A stretch of DNA of 64,000 bases from NCBI GenBank assembly GCA_039621445.1, contig CP154954.1, positions 22,022,954 to 22,086,953 of the forward strand. Direction: 5' to 3'. The DNA is from Euglena gracilis (taxonomy: Eukaryota). Position 1 is the stretch's first letter. Each line of letters starts with the position of its first letter. The notes beneath the pieces are model-generated. The model had not been told where the DNA came from, searched no databases, and worked only from the letters and a program-made list of their open reading frames with translations. Position numbers and translations under genes: made by a program. Below, in pieces: positions 11,300 through 21,631 of the stretch.

Positions 11300-11724
11300 C
11301 TTGCATTGAATTCTTTCGAAATGTCAACAACTTTTGATTTGAATTTCTGCACGAGCGTGAATTTCTGGATAGTTTGTATCGATTGATTGACTTCTTCTTT
11401 TCTCAATTGGTGAAGTCTTCGAAGTTCCTGTCTTCTGGGTGTCGAAGGGCAATTTAGGAATCAGCCAACTCCGGCGAAAAAAGGCACTAAGCAGGGACTC
11501 CTAACCCGACGCACCAAAACAAGGTCTTTGTGCTTCGCCCTCGGTGTCCCTTCCTCCCTGGTCGGTTTTCCTCGAGGGAGTACGAAGCCCAGTGACTGCA
11601 ACCACCTATTTCACGTACAAAGATCTGCCATCCCTGCCTGCATATTCTCAATCAAGCGGCAGCCAACCTTCATTCCCAGCTCCCTCCTAGTTGCCCCCCC
11701 CCCGACCAAACGCCCCGGGGAATT

Positions 11725-11858
11725 CACCCCCCCCCTAACTGACTGCCCGGGGGAGATTCTGTGCTGACGCACCCCTGAATTGACGATACCCCCCCCCTAA
11801 TTGACCAAAAGGGAGTTCCCGTGAGAGGTCCCACGGTCAATTGGGGAGGTGGTAGGCA
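11725..11858 (+). repeat. Dispersed repeat copy 1 (C-run/ctaattgacc motif ending aggtcccacggtcaatt...aggtggtaggca)
   Basis: Same motif order as 14407-14581. Confidence 0.7.
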
Positions 11859-11985
11859 GCTCCACTGAAAATCTGAAGCCCAACCAGTATGGTGGCAAAA
11901 AAAACAAAAAAACAAAACAGCGTGAGACGGTTTGGATCAGGCTGTCAGTACAACAGGACAACTCTGGGCAGTCGACTGACCCTAT

Positions 11986-12164
11986 CAGGGGTTTTTTAAG
12001 ACCGGGGGGGGGGGTCCCCCCACCGCCCGGGGGGGGGGACCCACGAAAAATCGCGAAAAGTGCTCCGAAAAGTATATCCCACCCCCCTCCGGGACCGGGG
12101 GGGGGGCTCGGCCAGACCCACCCACCCCTTCCCCCCCCGGGGTCCAAATTTAAAAAAATCCCTG
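11986..12164. mobile_element. Non-autonomous hAT-type MITE
   Basis: Imperfect TIRs caggggtttttt / aaaaaatccctg; 8-bp TSD gaccctat at 11978-11985 and 12165-12172. Confidence 0.85.
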
Positions 12165-13048
12165 GACCCTATGATACTTGTTTCGCTCAAGGTCATCACC
12201 AAACCGGAAGTCAGGGTCATTCACTCTCGGGGAAAATGGAGAAATCATGAACAAACGAATACATGCTTCCCACAGTCAAGCTTTCACTTGGAGGTTCATT
12301 TCATGGGGGAAAATGACGCAACAGGGTCATTCAAAATTTTCTGAAGAGATGGATGATTGAATGGCGGCTGCCCAGTGCTGGAACCCAAAAGTGGGGAAGC
12401 TGGCTCGGACAGAGGCACCTGTTCAGGCACGCAATTTATCACCACACCAGAGGCACTGAACCAGTCATCACACCAGCGGTTGTTCCTTCAGGACAAAAGC
12501 AGCCACAAACCTCCAAAAATGGCTGTTTCGAAAATTTTGAAAATCGAAAAAAAGTAAAAAAAGGTTTCCCCGAGACGGGGAGTGGCGGTATCAACCTCCC
12601 CACCCACCACCCTGGCTGTTTGGGTGCGCTCTGAGGTGTGAGCAGCGATGGATGGTTGGGAAGCCTTGAAGGGGGGAGGTCGGGCCCCCGACACGGGGGG
12701 TCGGATGCCCCCTCCTACGTTGAAACTGAGGGGGGCCGAAAACTTTTCGATTTTATGGACAGGCAAAGTGACGGAAATCACGTCGAAACCGGTCAAAAAT
12801 CTCTGATTTTTCTTTGAAAATCAACTCAAAAATGCTCATTTTTGAACATTTTTTGGGGGGGAAATTCAAGCATTTTTTCTCATTTAATGCAATTTTTGTA
12901 CCTGTCAAGGCCCCTGCCAACATCTAGGACGGGGGGTGGTCCGGAACTGGGGGGGGGGGTGGTCCTGCCACCTCAGCCTCCAGGGTTGGTGGTCCTACCA
13001 CCCACCTCAAAACCGAAGGGCTTCCCATCATCCTGGTAATGTTGGGAT

Positions 13049-13301
13049 CAGGCTTCTTTTTGAAGTCATCTGAACCCCCCTGGGGGGAGGTGGTGGGTGC
13101 GTGGGTCCGACGGGGGGGGGTCCCGCGCCGGAGGCGCTGGGTATACCTTTCCGGCGCGAAGCGCAGAAAATTTTAGTTGCCCCAGTCATTGCCTTTAACG
13201 GGCCCGATTTTGCGCGGGGTCCCCCCCCCAGGGGGTCCCGCGCCACCCTGGGTGGGTGGGGGGACCCCCCCTCTCCCCCAGGGGTCTCAAAAAGAAGCCT
13301 G
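13049..13301. mobile_element. Non-autonomous hAT-type MITE
   Basis: Perfect 15-bp TIRs caggcttctttttga / tcaaaaagaagcctg; 8-bp TSD gttgggat at 13041-13048 and 13302-13309. Confidence 0.9.
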
Positions 13302-13562
13302 GTTGGGATTCAATTGTGCACCATCCTGGTTCCTCAAGGGGGGTCCTCTGACTGAGGCTGAAAAGAAAAATGCTGTTTCTCATGTTTTAAGTACCCAAAA
13401 TGTTGCACATTTCGGCTTCTGCCACCCCTGGGAGGGGGCCCAACATGCTTCCAAAACTGGTCAGTACACATACCCGCTGGCAACACTTAAAGCCCTTTAT
13501 CTAGATGACGAACAAGTGCCTCCATTCCAGTTTCAAAAAAATACAGTGGAACTTATATGTGC

Positions 13563-14305
13563 TCACTTCTGGTCCCTCCTCTTGGAGTACATCTCCACAC
13601 CTTCACCAGTCATTTCAACAACCATGTTTGCCCGCTTAATACCAGCAGCCTTGGAGCGGTCATAGTACTCCTGGTTGTTCCCACCAGATCCGATGTCTGG
13701 GTTGCCAGCAGTCTTCACGTACAGGATGACCAAGAAGAAGGTTGGCAGGGCAATGAACAGGGCTGTGGCGATTGGCGCCTGAGAGTTCGTCTGCATGGCC
13801 CAGGCGGGTTGGGCAGCCAACATTGTTGCAGCTGGAAGAGCACCCTTGGTGTACACATCCACGGGGGCTGAAAATGAGAGGGGGAACACATTTGTAAACG
13901 ACGCTCATACACACCAATGGTTGGAACACGCTGGACCGCTGCCTTGGCCTTGTATGCGATGGCCCCGACCAATGCACCGGTGGCAGCGGCAATGCCCGCA
14001 GCCCAGCCATTGACTCCCTGTGCCTGAGGAGCTGCGTAAACAGTCTCCACCATTTCGTCAACGGGAGCCTCCTCCACGGTGTTCACAGACATATCGTTGG
14101 TGGCGGCCATCTGGCTGATGGGGGCTTGCACCACTGCCGGCTGGAGAGTGGTCGCAACAGGGGCATAAAGGGTGGTCTCGGCGGAGCTGGAGAAGGCGAT
14201 GCCAGCGGTAACACCAACGGCCAAGGATGCAGTAGCAACCAAGGCAACCACAGCAGTGGTGCTCCACGCCTTGCCCTCCAAGTTCTGGTATCCAGCACGT
14301 TGCAT
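13563..14305 (-). CDS. psbM: Nuclear-encoded photosystem II subunit M precursor (231 aa; exons 14305-13915 and 13867-13563)
   Basis: Mature part MQTNSQAPIATALFIALPTFFLVILYVKT (from 13796) matches the PsbM consensus (MEVN...IATALFI.VPT.FL.I.YVKT). It is preceded by an AxA site (AWA), a second hydrophobic segment followed by KAK, an S/T/A-rich transit region and an N-terminal hydrophobic segment. Splicing joins the two ORFs in frame (TI|APVDV). Confidence 0.9.
13868..13914 (-). other. 47-nt conventional GT-AG intron in psbM
   Basis: G|GTGTGT...CCCCCTCTCATTTTCAG|CC; removing it restores the frame. Confidence 0.85.
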
Positions 14306-14316
14306 TTTTAAGTGGT

Positions 14317-14355
14317 CTGTTTGGGAAAACGTGGAGGAGAAATCCACTCAGTCAC
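14317..14355 (-). promoter_or_regulatory. Putative spliced-leader trans-splice (or 5'-UTR intron) acceptor of psbM
   Basis: Minus strand reads tgactga...tttctcctccacgttttcccaaaCAG, 11 nt before the ATG. Confidence 0.55.
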
Positions 14356-14406
14356 CTCTGCATCTTCCTAACCTGCGGTCAAACGCCGCGGGGAAATTTT
14401 TTTCAA

Positions 14407-14581
14407 CCCCCCCCCCCTAATTGACTGCCCGGGGGGATTCCGTTCCCAGCACCCCCTAATTGACGGTACCCCCCCCCTAATTGACCAACCCCCCCAAATT
14501 GAACCCCCCCCCCTAATTGACCAAAAGGGTGGTCCCGTGGAGAGGTCCCACGGTCAATTAGGGGGGGGGAGGTGGTAGGCA
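14407..14581 (+). repeat. Dispersed repeat copy 2, with tandem ccccctaattgac units and an inverted ggtcaattaggggggg
   Basis: Several ctaattgac units, one reverse-complement unit, and homology to 11725-11858. Confidence 0.75.
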
Positions 14582-15422
14582 TTTGCCACTCATGGCAGCC
14601 AAAATTGTCAGGCAGCGGATGGACTTCGAGTGCCTCGAACCCAAGGGCTAATGCCCCCCGGCGAGTTTAGCTCCACCGGCGAGAAACACACCAAAAAAAA
14701 GCTTTTTTGACCACCTTGGGTCCGCAGTGACCAAAGCAGAAAGTGGGCTTTGCTCATTTTCAAAGCGGAGGTGCCTTTTGCGGCGTCCTCCCTTTAACCC
14801 TCCCCTTCCCCTACGACGACATAACGTTGTTTTGTTAATACCTCTCACCTGACTCCAACGTCGTACAATTTGTAAACATTTTTCATAGAACGCCCCAATG
14901 AGTCCCCTCGGGATGACGTGGAATGCATATTTCTGATCCAACGGAGCACAATGTACATGAAGGTGCACGCCGGTTATATATGTTCGTCATCAGAAGTTGG
15001 AAGTTCTTCCGCCCTCCCACGGGGGGTATTCCAGGTTCGGACAAAATCTGATCGCTGTTTTCACAACTTTCATCTCGTTGTTGGTGCAAAACAAATTTTG
15101 TTGGCCAGAAGTTACCTATTGCCCAAATTGCACAGTGACACACAATCAGCCCCTGCTGATGACGCACTTCTGCAATATGTTTCACAGCAGAGAGCCTGCA
15201 CCCACAGAGCTAACAAAGCTCCCACAGAACCATAACGGACGGGACGAAACCAAGGTGGTGGTCTCGCCTCCTTCTCTCCTCTCCCTAACTGGCCTTTCTA
15301 CCCATCCGTGCATCACACTGCTGCGTTTCATTTCTCATTGAAAACAAAAACCACTTTCTACCAAACACGACGCGCTCATGACGACTCTTTTTGACCCTAG
15401 GTGCACATGACGTGTGCGGTAC

Positions 15423-16224
15423 TGTGTGCGGCAGACGGGAGATCCTACGGAGGTTGGTAGCCGGCGCGTAGTACCAAGCTTAGTATCGCTCGAGTAGCTT
15501 ATTCGCTAAGGTGCTGGGCTCACACGCGGGAGGTCGTGGGTTCGAGACCCAGGTCCCGCCGTGTGAGTCCTGAACGATCCCGTACGGGCAGAGGGCATAC
15601 CGCGGGGATCGTTCGGCGCGCGCAACTGCGCAAATGGACGAGACAGTGGCTGGCCGGACCATGTGCGCAGTTCCCCGGCTGAGGACGAGCCACGGCAAGT
15701 AGTATGAGCTGTCCCGTGGCCGTCCAACGGCGGGTGGTGACAACCAACGCAAACATGGTAGCAGGGGAACCCGTCTAATGCCACACGAACCGGGAAATCA
15801 CAGCCTGACCCCACGGCGCCCGGAAGGCGGAGGCGGACGCGCCGAGTCTAGGGCGACTGAAACTCCTACACCGTTCCAAAAGCCTCAAGCCGATGCTAAG
15901 GGGGACGCTCCAAGGCGGCAGAGCCCGTGGAAGTCGACAACACGTAAACTGCCGGCAATAGCAAACCCGAGCTGCAGGGGTCGGCGGCCTGGTGACGCAG
16001 TACTCGTGAGAAGCACTCAGCCAACTAGGGCCGTGTGAGGCATAACCCGAGCTGCAGGGTGACGCAAGAGGCTAGTGTAGTAAGGCTCTTGGGAGGGGAG
16101 TGTGTGCGGCAGACGGGAGATCCTACGGAGGTTGGTAGCCGGCGCGTAGTACCAAGCCGAGTATCGCTCGAGTAGCTTATTCGGTAAGGTGCTGGGCTCA
16201 CACGCGGGAGGTCGTGGGTTCGAG
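15423..16224 (+). mobile_element. TRIM (non-coding LTR element): intact LTR 15423-15755, PBS from 15756, internal region, PPT 16091-16100, second LTR from 16101 interrupted at 16224 by the Gypsy insertion
   Basis: LTR TGTGTGCG...CGCAAACA (333 bp); PBS tggtagcagg; PPT gggaggggag; the LTR start recurs at 16101. Confidence 0.9.
15488..15560 (+). promoter_or_regulatory. tRNA-Val(CAC)-derived Pol III-type internal promoter within the TRIM LTR (not a functional tRNA)
   Basis: A-box-like tagcttattcg(c/g)taag; anticodon-loop-like ctCACac; variable loop gaggtc; T-arm tggg-TTCGAGA-ccca (B-box ggttcgagacc); the acceptor stem does not pair. Confidence 0.7.
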
Positions 16225-16655
16225 TGTGTACCAGGCAGCCATTCTGCCATGGCACTGTGTACCAGATACAATGGGATACGGCCTACAATCTGGCAACGGC
16301 CGGGCTGTACACATTGGCATGGTTAAACCATAGACAAAGAGAGAATCTCAGAGCTAGCGAAAGCTTAGCGAAAGTAACTGGTTCCTAATTCAAGGTTATT
16401 GGGTTTGGTGCTTTGCAATTCTGTTTTAGAATTCTGAGGGCGAAGTCCCATTTGAATACAAGTTTTCTTTCTTTCTTTTACAAAGCTCGAAAGAGCAAAA
16501 GTCACTTTCATATAAGGGACTGCGGTCCCACCAATTCTTCTGCTTGTGTGCTTTGCATTCAAAAGGGGAAAAGGGAAGCAAATTTTATTGTTACTCCCCC
16601 CACGGGCTTTTCGGGAGGAAAGCATAATTAGAAAAGCCGGGGTGGGACGTACACT
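16225..16655 (+). mobile_element. Gypsy LTR, followed by PBS
   Basis: TGTGTACC...GTACACT; left flank tcgag. Confidence 0.93.
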
Positions 16656-16665
16656 TGGTAGCAGA
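16656..16665 (+). promoter_or_regulatory. Primer binding site complementary to the initiator tRNA-Met 3' end (also at 24859, 34193, 42654, 50917, 59159)
   Basis: TGGTAGCAGA directly after the LTR. Confidence 0.85.
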
Positions 16666-16877
16666 ATAGGTTTAACGGTCGAACGACCAAAGAAAAACTC
16701 AGAAAAAGGTGCGTACGCACAGGCGAGGTGTCTCAGTGGCACAAGTGGCTACGGCTGCATCACAAAGCCTCTGAGCCCCCGCCTTTGCTGACTTTTTTGG
16801 GTCTTTTCACACAAATTTTTACAATTTTTTACAATTTTTACGATTTTCACAAAAATTTTCCCAATTTTTCAGCAGAA

Positions 16878-19800
16878 ATGCAAAGCGCACATGCGCACAC
16901 TGGAAACGCACCTATTAACTACGCTTTGTTAATAGGTTCGCTTCGTGGACTGCAGAATGCAGACGAAGTCGCTACGGCGACAGGAAAATTTTCCTTACAA
17001 GGGGCGGATGCCCAAGTCGCTTTAGCGACAGAAAAATTTTATCCACAAGGGGCGGATGCCCAAGCCGCTTCTGCGGTGGAAAAATTTTCCATACAAGGGG
17101 CGGACGCCCAAGCCGCTTCGGCGGTACCCCCCCCCCCCCCACAACTGGGTTTTCGAACCCAAACCGCATTAGCGGTGCCCCCCCCCCTACAACAAGCCGC
17201 TTCGGCGGTGCCCCCCCCCTCCAAGGGTCTTCGGACCCAAGCCGCTTCGGCGGTGCCCCTCCCTCCAAGGGTCTTCAGACCCAAGCCGCTTCGGCGGTGC
17301 CCCCCCCCTTCCAAGGGTCTTCGGACCCAAGCCGCTTCGGCGGTGCCCCCCCCATCCAAGGGTCTTCGGACCCAAGCCGCTTCGGCGGTGCCCCCCCCCT
17401 CCACGGGTCTACGGACCCAACCCGCATTCGCGGACCCACCTTTAAAACAGCCGCATTTGCGGTACAACATAACCCTACAATGGGTCTACGGAACCCCTCC
17501 GCTTCTGCGGAGTCTGACCCACAAGTGGGCAGAATGCCCGAACGGGACTGGCAATTAGTGCCTTTTGGCACCCAATTGCCAACAGAGCCCCCCCCTTACG
17601 AGGACGGGTTGGAAACACCTTGTTTTTTCAAACCCCCCAGCCCTACCACCGGTAAGCCCCATTCGGGACTTGCCCCCCCCTCCACAATTGGGAGAAATCC
17701 CAGAACTACCTTGGTCCGCTGAAATGCGGTTGGTGGTCCCATACACTGCCGGTGTCATTGTTCCTATGGAAAATGACCCCGAGGAAGACCGGGATTCGTT
17801 CTCCAGTAATACCGTTGAGCGCGTAGTCGCAAATTTACCGGAGAACCACCCACTACAACAGCAATTTCGACACATCGAAGCATGTGTCCAAAATTGCGCT
17901 AAAACACTGAACCAAGTCCTACAATTTGATGAAGACAGTCACAAGGCCGTTTTCGGCAAGCTGGACTTCCTTTGGCAATATATCCAAGAATTTGGACAAT
18001 TTTGCCAAAAGAATTTCAACTCCACTACAATGGACCTCCAGAACCTCCACCAAGGTTTTGACGCATTTTTGCGCGACACCTTGGTGCACAACTTCCAATA
18101 GGCACAAGAGACCTTCCAAACCGCGGAATCGCGGAATAACGCAAAATTTTCACATTTACAACAAAATCTACAACAATTGTTCACACAACTGGAAAACATT
18201 TCTTATACAATGCAAGAAATGCAGTCCCGCCTACAACAACGGAATAAAGCGCCTACGGGTGCGGAACTTGGCTCATATGTCTCATATGAGCAATTCTCAA
18301 CTTTGTCCAATGTTGTACAACAGTCCCAAGAACGCATTTTGCGTTTGGGTGATGAAAACGCGAGTTTTCATCAAAATTTTGCACAAATACGCGAAAACTA
18401 TGTACAAAGAGCTTTTGCTCAACAACTGGAAGAGCGGATTGCTCGTTTGGAACAAACTTCCTGCAAATGCGGTGAAGTTTCCCACAACTTGACCACATTG
18501 CACACTCAAGTGGCAGAAATCGCGCATCGGCAAGATTTCCTCCATGAAAAGTGGCAAAACGACATACAAAAACTTGAAACTGCTTCCAACGCCTTACAAA
18601 CCGCTACGGCGGAACTCCAATCCCGCGATGCGGTGATTCTTAGCTTACAAACCGCGAACGCGGAACTCCAAGACCGAGAAACGGTCATAATTACCATCCA
18701 AACCGCGAATGCAGACCTCCAAATTGCGTTTGCAGACCTGAAAACCGCTTTTGCGGAAGTTTCGGGACTACAAACTGCAATTGGGGACTTACAACGCCGC
18801 TTTGCGGAAACTTCCACAAAAAAATCCCAGTATGGGAGCATTACGATCCACTGTAACCAATTTGCACAATCAGTTACAAGCGGATGTGAACAAAATCGAA
18901 TCCGCGTTTGCGGATTTGCACAAACGGTGCAACGGTATTCAAAACTCAATTCCGGATATCACCGGCATTGAAACCGCACTTGCGGATTTGAATACCCAAC
19001 ACAAAACCTTACAATCCACCACTTCCCATTTACAAAAACGCGTACAAACACTTTCTACAAGGGTCTCCGGACTCCAACCATCCTCGGATGGACAAACGGT
19101 TCGCGAAGTCGAACTACCCCTTGATTTTCGCACATTTTACTACCAAATGCTTGCGAAAAATAAGGAAAACGTACAAGAATTTTGTGAAACCTTGATGAGG
19201 ACCAAAAATTCGGTCACCCAACAAGTTCTCACACTAAAACAACAATTTTCGGTGTTGGAGAACCGACTTTCTGCAATGATGGATGACAAAACCGCTGAAA
19301 ATGCGGTAGGGGTACCCCAACCCACGTTGGGTACCACAACCCCACAAACCGAGAATCGGTTGAACGCCCTTACAACCGCAATGGAAACTTTGGTTAAGCG
19401 GGTCCAATTCTTGGACACCACTTTCCCAAAGCTTTCAGTGGATTTTGACTCCATTGTTGACAAACTACCACTTTTGGATGAGTTACCCTCACACCGCAAA
19501 CGTATTAAGCGTTTGCAGGGTGATGTTGAACGAATTTCGGACCTTTTCCAAGTGGTTGGTTCATTGGAACAAAGTATCCAAGATTTTGCATTGAGTTTGG
19601 ATGAGATTCCTGCAAAATCCCGCAACCCCCCGCACTTTGCCCCTGAAAACCGTGTTTTCGGTGGTCAAAATGCAACTTCCAGCTCACAACGCGCTTTTCG
19701 CGCATCAACCGAAGCATCTTCGGATGCCCGACATCCAACTCGCGACTTTGTGCATCAAATTCGCGATTCGTTGGATGCCAATCCTTCCAAAAGCGCAGCA

Positions 19801-21631
19801 TGCGCACCCTTACAAGCCTCTTCCGATGCGCATGCCCTACAAGCATCCACGGATGCACATGATCATGAACATGCCTACAATCGCGATTACAATCGCCCGT
19901 TTATACCACAACTTAGGATTCCCCCCCTAAGGGTGAATCTTCGGATGATGAACCGGTTTTTACCACAAAAACCGCGAATCATCCGGTTTTACAACAAGAA
20001 ATTCGCGAATCGGGACTGATTCGCGGTATGAGCCATACCCCTACCCCGGGTATTGGCCATGGATCGCGAATGCGAAACACGGAATTTACCGCGGTTCCCC
20101 GATTTGCGGGTGAACAACGGGATTCCTACCCCCCTGGGCTGTTGAACACACCCCGAATCGCGGAATCGCGACCCTTTACAATCCGAATCGCGGAATCACG
20201 AACCACAACCATACAATTCGCGGAATTGCGATGTACCAAATACCCATGGTACCTACGGTACCATGAGTATCATTATGGATGCGCATTCGCGCATGCCACA
20301 ACAACAACCTTACCCCAACAATTACGATGGAAATCGCGGTCTACAACGCGATTTCAAAGGTACAATCACAATTGCCAACAAGGTTAAGCCACAATGGGAC
20401 GGAGATCCCACAACTTGGAAACAATTTTGGCGCGACTGGACATACTACTGGGACTTGAAGGGTCCAACCCAAGACGGGAACCCTGAGGTAATCAAGATAG
20501 AATTCATTGATTGTCTCCCCAAGGAAGAAAAAGATCGTGCCCGACAACTTGTGATCCGGAATCGGATTACTTTTGATGAACTGGTTGACCAATATGCGTC
20601 AACTTGTTCAAGCCTAATTTCGCGAATTACGCTGGAGAAAAAATGGTGGCAATTCGCGCCCAGTGACCGAAAATGGAAGTCAATCGACCTTTGGTATTCC
20701 AAATGGTTGGGATTGGCTTCTGAGGTTGATGAACTGGGAGAGAACCAAATGAAAGAACAATTCGATGCGGTTCTCCTCCATTTCATTCCTACAATTATCA
20801 AAGACATTCACCGTGAGGAACTCTCCGACAACAAACTTACACTTGGACAACGATGGAACTACAAACTCCCCAAAGGGAGATACAAAAACGCGCTATCCGC
20901 GCTCATTTGACCAATCTTCTGACAAAACTTGCTTTTTGTGCAACAAATCGGGACATACGTCCCGTGACTGCCCCCACCCTGATACGCGAAAGCGGTATCA
21001 GAGTCCAAGGGGTTCACAATCCTCGCGGAGCTCGCGCCCCTCCGGATATTCGCACAAATCTGGACAATCACAATCGTCGGGTTATCGACAAAGGTCTCGA
21101 TCACCGTTCCGCGACCGCGGACGCGATCGCGCACCTCCTGGTCGATCACCCCGACCCCCTTACAAACGTGATACAAATCGCGACTCATCGCGATCACGTT
21201 CGCGAAGTGGATCATCTTCTTCGCGATCGTCATCCGGGAAACCGGATTACAACAAGAACCGTGGTCGAACGGGATTCCGTTCACCAAGACCTCCAAGGGG
21301 TGAAAGCCCATCACAAAACCGACAACAGTCACAAAACCGACAAAAGTGTTCCCTTTGTGGATCACATAACCACCATTCGTCCAAATGTTACCGTTCTCGC
21401 TCTCCCCGCCCGAACCAACGTCACCACAATGATACAAAACACAACAACAAACACAAGGTCGGGTTCAAAATCTCCTCTTTAGAGGAGGGAACCCTGGCTT
21501 CGGGCAGGGAAGGGGATGAGAACTCCGAAACCTCGTTGGAGGACGACCGCAATGCGGTCCGCGCGTTGCGCGCTATCTACTCACACAAGAAAACGATAAA
21601 CAGCCGAAGTGCTGAATCGGACTTGGAGTAG
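16878..21631 (+). pseudogene. gag: gag copy 1 (Pro-rich VNTR, coiled coil, capsid-like region, two CCHC knuckles around an RS-rich tract); disrupted
   Basis: KPQWDGDPTTWKQFW, CFLCNKSGHTSRDC, CSLCGSHNHHSSKC; stop at 18099, frameshifts, 149-bp deletion at ~20861. Confidence 0.85.
17108..17420 (+). repeat. ~42-bp VNTR in 5' gag built from two C(TTCG)G hairpins per unit
   Basis: Unit ccaa-gggtcTTCGgaccc-aag-ccgcTTCGgcgg-tg-(C)n; unit number differs between array copies. Confidence 0.9.

Noticed and set aside
14648-15341. Short ORFs between psbM and the TRIM
   Set aside because: No recognisable motifs or consistent exon structure; an exon cannot be fully excluded
15488-15560. Functional tRNA-Val gene
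   Set aside because: The acceptor and anticodon stems do not pair properly, and the sequence is embedded in an LTR
16365-16791. Recurrent 72-125-aa ORFs overlapping the LTRs and TRIM
   Set aside because: They recur only because the DNA is repeated; no protein motifs, and they are broken differently among copies
17108-17420. CRISPR-like palindromic repeats
   Set aside because: No unique spacers (only C-runs), no cas genes, eukaryotic context; this is a VNTR inside gag
20853-21482. Long alternative-frame and antisense ORFs over the RS-rich gag region
   Set aside because: Expected by-product of biased low-complexity codon use; no independent evidence of coding
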